Shown: positions 58,344 through 64,000 of the stretch, piece after piece
How the letters are laid out: each line of letters opens with the position of its first letter
How positions within the stretch are numbered: position 1 is the first letter of the stretch
Assembly: GCA_963839345.1 (NCBI GenBank)
Contig: CAWIUP010000003.1
Coordinates: 448 to 64,447, forward strand
Direction: 5' to 3'
DNA: 64,000 bases
Source of the DNA: an uncultured Actinomycetota bacterium
GTDB taxonomy: Bacteria > Actinomycetota > Actinomycetes > Mycobacteriales > Mycobacteriaceae
The notes under the pieces: model-generated
What the model was told of the DNA's origin: nothing
Database searches by the model: none
What the model saw: only the letters and a program-made list of their open reading frames with translations
Translations under genes and position numbers: made by a program

Positions 58344-60173
58344 TTAGTCGGCTTCGGCCAGCCGCTGCTTGAGGGCTTCGAATTCGTCCTTGACGCCGGT
58401 CGGCAGTTTCTCACCGACGAATTCGAACCACTCCTCGATCAGCGGCAGTTCCTTGCGCCACTCGCTCGGGTCGACCACGAGCGCTTGCTCCACATCGACG
58501 GCGTCGATGTCCAGCCCGTCCAAGTCCAAATCGTCGGCGGCGGGAACGACGCCGATCGGGGTTTCCCGGCCGCCGGCAGTGTGCTCGATGCGGTCGACGA
58601 TCCACTTCAGCACCCGGCTGTTCTCGCCGAAGCCCGGCCACAGGAATTTGCCACCCTCGCCGCGGCGGAACCAGTTGACGAAGAACACCTTCGGCAGCTT
58701 GGACTCGTCGGAGTTCTTGCCCAGGTCGAGCCAATGCTGGAAGTAGTCGGCCACGTGGTAGCCCAGGAACGGCAGCATGGCCATCGGGTCGCGGCGAACG
58801 GTGCCGACCTTTCCCTCCGCGGCGGCGGTCTGCTCGCTGCCCATGGTGGCGCCCATGAAGACGCCGTGCTGCCAGTCCCGCGCCTGCGTCACCAGCGGCA
58901 CGGTGGTCTTGCGGCGGGCGCCGAACAGGATGCCGGAGATCGGCACGCCCTGCGGGTCGTCCCACTCGGGAGCCAGGGTGGGGCACTGCGACATCGGCGT
59001 GCAGTACCGCGAATTCGGATGGGCCGGCTCGGTTTCCGTCTCGCGGAAGTACCAGTCATGGCCCTTCCAGTCGATCAGGTGATCCGGGTCGCCTTCCAGG
59101 CCCTCCCACCACACGTCGCCGTCATCGGTGAGCGCGACGTTGGTGAAGACGGTGTTGCCCTGAGCGATCGTGCGCATCGCGTTCGGGTTGGACTTCCAGT
59201 TGGTGCCCGGTGCAACCCCGAAGAAACCGAACTCGGGGTTGACCGCATAGAGCCGGCCGTCCTTCCCGAACCGCATCCAGGCGATGTCGTCGCCGAGCGT
59301 TTCGGCCCGCCAGCCCGGAATTGTCGGCTGCAGCATCGCCAGGTTCGTTTTGCCGCACGCCGACGGGAATGCCGCGGCGAAGTAATAAGCCTTGTTCTCG
59401 GGGGAAATCAGCTTGAGGATCAGCATGTGCTCGGCCAGCCAGCCTTCGTCGCGAGCCATGGCCGACGCAATCCGCAGCGAATAGCACTTCTTGCCCAATA
59501 GCGCGTTGCCGCCGTAACCCGAACCGTAACTCCAGATTTCGCGGGTTTCCGGGAAGTGGGTGATGTACTTGGTGTCGTTGCACGGCCACGGGACGTCTTT
59601 TTGCCCGTCCTCCAGCGGAGCACCGACGGAGTGCAATGCCTTGACGAAGAACCCGTCCTCGCCGATCTTGTCCAGCGCGGCCTTGCCCATCCGGGTCATG
59701 GTGCGCATCGATACCACGACATATTCCGAGTCGGTGATCTCCACGCCCAGCTTGGGTTCATCGGCGCCGAGCGGCCCCATGCAGAACGGCACCACCCACA
59801 TTGTGCGACCCCGCATGCAGCCCCGGTACAGCTCGGTCATGGTCGCGCGCATCTCGCTCGGGTCCATCCAGTTGTTGGTCGGGCCGGCGTCGATCTCACG
59901 CTCAGAACAGATGAAGGTCCGCGATTCCACGCGCGCCACGTCAGAGGGATCGGACAACGCGAGGTAGGAGTTGGGCTGCTTTTCCGGGTTCAGCGGCTTG
60001 AAGGTGCCTGCTTCCACCAGCTGCTCACACAGGCGCCGCCACTCCTCCTCAGAACCGTCAGCGAACACCACCCGGTCGGGCTGGGTGAGCTGGGCGACCT
60101 CCTCTACCCAGGACAGCAACCCCGGGTGATTCGTCGGCGCGGTATCCAGACCGGGAACGGTCGCTGAAGTCAT
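58344..60173 (-). CDS. pckA: Phosphoenolpyruvate carboxykinase (GTP)
   Basis: [43 protein letters not shown] and VNWFR. Confidence 0.97.
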   Translation of the reverse strand: MTSATVPGLDTAPTNHPGLLSWVEEVAQLTQPDRVVFADGSEEEWRRLCEQLVEAGTFKPLNPEKQPNSYLALSDPSDVARVESRTFICSEREIDAGPTNNWMDPSEMRATMTELYRGCMRGRTMWVVPFCMGPLGADEPKLGVEITDSEYVVVSMRTMTRMGKAALDKIGEDGFFVKALHSVGAPLEDGQKDVPWPCNDTKYITHFPETREIWSYGSGYGGNALLGKKCYSLRIASAMARDEGWLAEHMLILKLISPENKAYYFAAAFPSACGKTNLAMLQPTIPGWRAETLGDDIAWMRFGKDGRLYAVNPEFGFFGVAPGTNWKSNPNAMRTIAQGNTVFTNVALTDDGDVWWEGLEGDPDHLIDWKGHDWYFRETETEPAHPNSRYCTPMSQCPTLAPEWDDPQGVPISGILFGARRKTTVPLVTQARDWQHGVFMGATMGSEQTAAAEGKVGTVRRDPMAMLPFLGYHVADYFQHWLDLGKNSDESKLPKVFFVNWFRRGEGGKFLWPGFGENSRVLKWIVDRIEHTAGGRETPIGVVPAADDLDLDGLDIDAVDVEQALVVDPSEWRKELPLIEEWFEFVGEKLPTGVKDEFEALKQRLAEAD

Positions 60174-60328
60174 CGAAATCTCCTGCACTTTCCTGCGTGG
60201 GTGGCCGCTCTATGGCTCAGAGCGGGCCATTTCGTCCGTGCGGCTTTGCGGTAGCCCTTTCTAAAGGTTATCCCGGCGTATACCCGCAGAGCAGGTCGGG
60301 CGTGTATTGGATCACTCACAAGAACGAT

Positions 60329-61885
60329 TCAGAACACGTTATCCACGGTATTCGTCGGCTCGGTTTCGCCAATTTCGTCGCTGCCGCCCTCGGCCGGGCC
60401 GCCGGTGCCGTCGGTCGGCGGTTCCTCCGGTTCGCGGAGCTCGGCTCGGACCGCCTCGAGCGCAGTCTGCAGCGTCGGCATCTCCCGACCCCGCAACGCC
60501 GCCGCGCGCGCCCCGACGACGGCGTGCTCGCGCAGCTCGGTGTCGATGGCGCCGACCTGCTCGGTGACCCCCGCGCTCTCGACCTCGTCCTGCTCGCCCA
60601 GGGCAGCGGTCAGCGACGACTCAGCTCCCAGCACACGGGTTGCAACCAGCTGCTCGAGCGCCGACCTCAGCTGTGCAGTCGCCTCGCCGGCCCAACGGTC
60701 GAGCAACGCCCGATCGCGCAACAATCCGCGCGTTCCAACCACCCAGACGGCGAGCGCAAGCCCGGTCGCCGCACAGGCGACGGCTCCGGCGACCGTGAGC
60801 CCGGGTGTCAGATCGGCCAACAACCGGCTGAGCGTCAACGCCACCCCTAACCCGAAACCCGCGCCCACCAGCATCATCAGCCGGGTCTCCAGCCGCCGCG
60901 ACTTCAGCTGCGGCGCCGGTATCTCGATCGTCGGCAGTTCGGTGGGCGCAGGTGGGTCGCCCCCCAGGTCCAGGCTTTGCGTCATGTCGGCCAAATGGGT
61001 GGTGATGCCCTCGTCCACCTCGGCAACCACCTCGTCGATGCGGCCGCGGACGTCGCCCTCGAACGTCTGCAGCTGGCGCCGGGGCAAACTCCCCGCATCC
61101 TCCTGCAGTTCGGCGCGCACCGACGCGCAGCGGTTGCGGGCGAAATACGACAGCTGGACCCGAGCCTGCTGCGTCTGGCTGCGCACCGCGATCGTCCGCT
61201 CGGACTTCGACAGCCGTCGCTGCCGCAGGATTGTGCTGCGCTGCTCACGTAACGCCTCAACCCGCGCTCGCCGACCCGCGCCGTCAGCATCACGGTCGTA
61301 GCGGTCGGCGACGGTCCGCAATCGGGATTCCCACGCCCGCAACCTGTTTCGCCGTGCAAGGTCGGTGTCGGCGAGCTTTTCACGTACCGCGTCGACTAAG
61401 TCGTCGACGCGTGGTTCACCGCGTTCGGGCCGGGCCGCCGCGCCTACCCAGCGCACGCCGCGGTAGCGGGGCGCGTGCGCCGCCAGCACGTCGCGGTCGG
61501 CAGCCAGCACCTCGCGCCAGGTGCGGTGCACGTCGATCTTCGACACCACACCGATCACCGCGTCGGTGTCGGCGGTCGCGGCGTCCAGCAGCACGCAGTC
61601 GGATTCGGTCAGCGCGGCCGCCGCCGAAACGACGAACACCACCGCCGTCGGCGCTTCGCCCGCCGCCAGGTCGGTCGACTCGATGAACGTGTGCTCGGGC
61701 AGCCGTTCGGTCAGCGCCGCGACCACGCCGCTCACCCCGGACAGCCACGGACCGGTGACCACCACCACGTCGCGGCGGGCGGTGATCGGTGCACTCAAAC
61801 GTGGCCCGATGGCCGCCACCATTGCATCTACTGCGTCTTCTGCGCCTTCAGCGGCGACGGCGCCATCGCCTGGCTGGTCAGTCAC
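60329..61885 (-). CDS. Rv0210-like conserved protein (degenerate dynamin/IniA-like)
   Basis: VTGPWLSG, SKIDVHRTWR and C-terminal TM segments; synteny with pckA; GTGA overlap with the upstream gene. Confidence 0.8.
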   Translation of the reverse strand: MTDQPGDGAVAAEGAEDAVDAMVAAIGPRLSAPITARRDVVVVTGPWLSGVSGVVAALTERLPEHTFIESTDLAAGEAPTAVVFVVSAAAALTESDCVLLDAATADTDAVIGVVSKIDVHRTWREVLAADRDVLAAHAPRYRGVRWVGAAARPERGEPRVDDLVDAVREKLADTDLARRNRLRAWESRLRTVADRYDRDADGAGRRARVEALREQRSTILRQRRLSKSERTIAVRSQTQQARVQLSYFARNRCASVRAELQEDAGSLPRRQLQTFEGDVRGRIDEVVAEVDEGITTHLADMTQSLDLGGDPPAPTELPTIEIPAPQLKSRRLETRLMMLVGAGFGLGVALTLSRLLADLTPGLTVAGAVACAATGLALAVWVVGTRGLLRDRALLDRWAGEATAQLRSALEQLVATRVLGAESSLTAALGEQDEVESAGVTEQVGAIDTELREHAVVGARAAALRGREMPTLQTALEAVRAELREPEEPPTDGTGGPAEGGSDEIGETEPTNTVDNVF

Positions 61886-62893
61886 GCTGAACTCCCGACC
61901 GTCGACCATAGCCGCAGGGATCCCCGCACGATGTCGACTCCACAGGCACGGTGCAAGCCCGCGACCGGCCCGCGGCTGTAGCGCTGCCAGCCCACGGCGC
62001 GGCGCAGATAGGCCGCGGCGCTGTCGCAGCGCTCGACTTTCAGGCCGGCCGCCTCGACGACCTCGACGGCGGCCGCCATCCGCGCGACGACCGTGTCGTC
62101 GCGAGATAGAAACTCATCGACCCGCCGGTCGGTGACGGCCAGCGTCTGCAACTCGGCTACAGCGTCCCGCACACGCCGGTAGCGCACCTGCGCGCCGACC
62201 GAATCGATCTTGTCGACAACGTCGTCTATGCAGCTCAGCCGACGTAACACGGCGCGAGCCTGGTCGCGGGTCGCGCCGCGTCGGATCGCGGCCAGGGCCT
62301 GCTCGACGCCGAACACGTCGAGGGTGTCGAGCAGCCGCCGGCGCAGCTCGGCGGCTACCGGCTGCTCGCCGGGTGGAGTCGCCAGCACCCGCAGCGCCGC
62401 CCACAGTTCGTCGTCCACGTCGTCGAGGGCCGCGACCGCAAGTAATCCCACCACCGGCTGGATCGGCAGACCGATGCGCGGGGATAGTTGCGCGCAACGG
62501 GCTCTCGCGGCGCTGGTCGGGCCGTCGGGGTGGCGGCCCGGCTGGGTGGTGGCAATCAGGTCCGCCTTGTTCAGCACCGCGACGACCGGCCGACCGGCCG
62601 CGGTGATCGCGTCACGATCCTCGGGTTTGACCACTTCGGCGATCACGTAGACGTCCACGTCGGCCTCTGTTGACCCGCCGCGCGCGTTGGTCACCGTGAT
62701 CATCCCGGCTGAGCCCCCGGCGCGGTCCAGAGCGTGCGCGACGGTGTCGCGGCCGACGCCGCGACGTCCGGATACCGCTACCCGCAGCGCGGCGGCGAGC
62801 CGATTGGCGATCGCGGCACAGCGCGAGTCAGCGGCCTCAGTGGCAAATTGCCTCAGCTCGTCGACGAAAATCTGATGCCCCTTGTCCGATCAT
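61882..62893 (-). pseudogene. Rv0209-like conserved protein with a +1 frameshift in a G4 run at 62878-62881
   Basis: ATG 62893 MIGQG, then after removing one G GHQIFVDEL...LRVAVSGRRGVG, in frame with ORF 61882-62703 (AVLNKADL). Confidence 0.8.
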
Positions 62894-63080
62894 GCGGTCG
62901 TCCGCCAGCACCGCCCCATTGTCGCCGAGCGGTACTGGTCGACGAGCTGGGCCTGCCGGTCGAATGGTGACATCTGCGCCGCGGCGGCGCGAGCCACTCG
63001 CTACCAGTCGAAAGCAACTGTTGGGTATCAATCTGGGCCGCGGGCGGCAACATCATCGATTCATAGGTAACGATGGACGG

Positions 63081-63881
63081 ATGCGCGCGCAGCCCCCGGT
63101 GGACGCGGCCACACCGCCGACACCGTCAGACTCCCTGCCTGCAGCGCGCACTGCCGGCGGGTATCGCCGGACCACCAGCTTCCGGTCGCGACGCTCTGCG
63201 CTGTCGGCCGCCCAGCAGCGGACCTGGGAGCGGCTGTGGCCGGAGCTCGGCGTCATGGCGGCGTCACGGGACAGCGCCGACGCTCCCGACGAACCACTCG
63301 ATACCCGCGCCTGGTTCGGCCGGGACGCTCCGCTCGTACTCGAAATTGGTTGTGGCACAGGTACTTCGACGCTCGCGATGGCACAGTCGGAGCCGGACGT
63401 CGATGTGATCGCCGTGGAGGTGTATCGCCGGGGGCTGGCGCAGCTGCTGGCGGCAGTCGAACGGGAAAACGTCACCAATATCCGATTGATCCGCGGGGAC
63501 GCGGTCGACGTGCTGGAAACTTTGATCGAGCCGGGCTCACTGAGCGGGGTCCGGGTGTTCTTCCCCGATCCGTGGCCCAAGGCCCGGCACCACAAACGTC
63601 GGCTGCTCCAGCCCGCCACAGTGGCGCTGATCGCCGACCGGCTCCGTGCCGGAGGAGTGTTGCACGCCGCCACCGATCACCGCGGCTACGCCGAGCAGAT
63701 TGCTGAGGTCGGCGACGCCGAACCTCGCCTGGCGCGGGTGGATCCCCTCGCGCCACCCCCGACCGGGCTACCGATTTCAATCGTCCGCCCGACCACCAAA
63801 TATGAGGACAAGGCGCGGCATGCCGGCAGCGCCGTCACCGAATTGGTGTGGGAGCGCCGCTCCGAAAGAAACCGCCCATGA
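63081..63881 (+). CDS. trmB: tRNA (guanine-N7)-methyltransferase
   Basis: LEIGCGTG, AVEVY, FFPDPWPKARHHKRRL, HAATD and RPTTKYE. Confidence 0.95.
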   Translation: MRAQPPVDAATPPTPSDSLPAARTAGGYRRTTSFRSRRSALSAAQQRTWERLWPELGVMAASRDSADAPDEPLDTRAWFGRDAPLVLEIGCGTGTSTLAMAQSEPDVDVIAVEVYRRGLAQLLAAVERENVTNIRLIRGDAVDVLETLIEPGSLSGVRVFFPDPWPKARHHKRRLLQPATVALIADRLRAGGVLHAATDHRGYAEQIAEVGDAEPRLARVDPLAPPPTGLPISIVRPTTKYEDKARHAGSAVTELVWERRSERNRP

Positions 63882-64000
63882 GCCTGACCGACGAAACGAC
63901 CGCGAAACCGACCGCACCGGTCAGCGCACCGGTGGCGGTGTCCGGCAACGCCGCGCCTGACGCCCAACCTGCCGTTCGGCGCGTGCTGTTGGTGTGGGAT
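63878..64000 (+). CDS. N-terminus of an Rv0207c-like NYN-domain protein (runs off the right edge)
   Basis: MSLTDE...RRVLLVWD, ATGA overlap with trmB, and synteny with Rv0207c. Confidence 0.75.
   Translation, partial: MSLTDETTAKPTAPVSAPVAVSGNAAPDAQPAVRRVLLVWD

Noticed and set aside
60300-60325. CRP-like site upstream of pckA (TGTGA half-site on the minus strand)
   Set aside because: The second half-site does not match TCACA.
465-63967. Many long opposite-strand or alternate-frame ORFs (e.g. 465-1436 +, 1505-3817 +, 42744-43976 +, 58266-59501 +)
   Set aside because: They are shadows of recognisable genes, expected in high-GC DNA with few stop codons, and carry no family motifs.
1-64000. rRNA, tRNA, CRISPR array, integrase or transposase, defence systems
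   Set aside because: None recognised: no regularly spaced repeats, cloverleaf structures or DDE/tyrosine-recombinase motifs.

Overview
High-GC actinobacterial DNA that is almost certainly Mycobacterium, judged from gene content and order recalled from M. tuberculosis. Four blocks are visible. (1) 1-14.5 kb: a mostly minus-strand, DosR-regulon-like hypoxia/carbon block: Fe-S flavoprotein oxidoreductase, ppsA, MFS transporter, OtsB1-type trehalose phosphatase/GH65 fusion, pfkB, a tandem FabH-like pair, a DosS-like kinase lacking its heme GAF, and a slipin. Two DosR-box-like sites lie in this block. (2) 15-26.4 kb: an accessory stress/regulatory block: two ANTAR proteins plus an ANTAR pseudogene, DUF6131, a desaturase, a hydrolase, a STAS anti-anti-sigma factor, a GT4/hypothetical/GH130 triad, and a hemophore-like and a small secreted protein. 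It also holds a non-coding element present in three copies with a conserved hairpin. (3) 26.5-45.7 kb: an acyl-CoA catabolic island flanked by two Rv1683-like hydrolase/AMP-binding fusions, with a local TetR and five copies of the palindrome YAGTCA-N4-TGACTA. (4) 45.8-64 kb: a region syntenic with M. tuberculosis Rv0217c-Rv0207c (lipW, Rv0216-like, fadE3, fadD4, pckA, Rv0210/0209-like, trmB, NYN protein) with extra genes inserted. Four genes carry single-base frameshifts in short G/C runs, which may be sequencing errors. No rRNA, tRNA, CRISPR array or intact IS element was seen. All family assignments come from motif recognition by eye; no database search was run.
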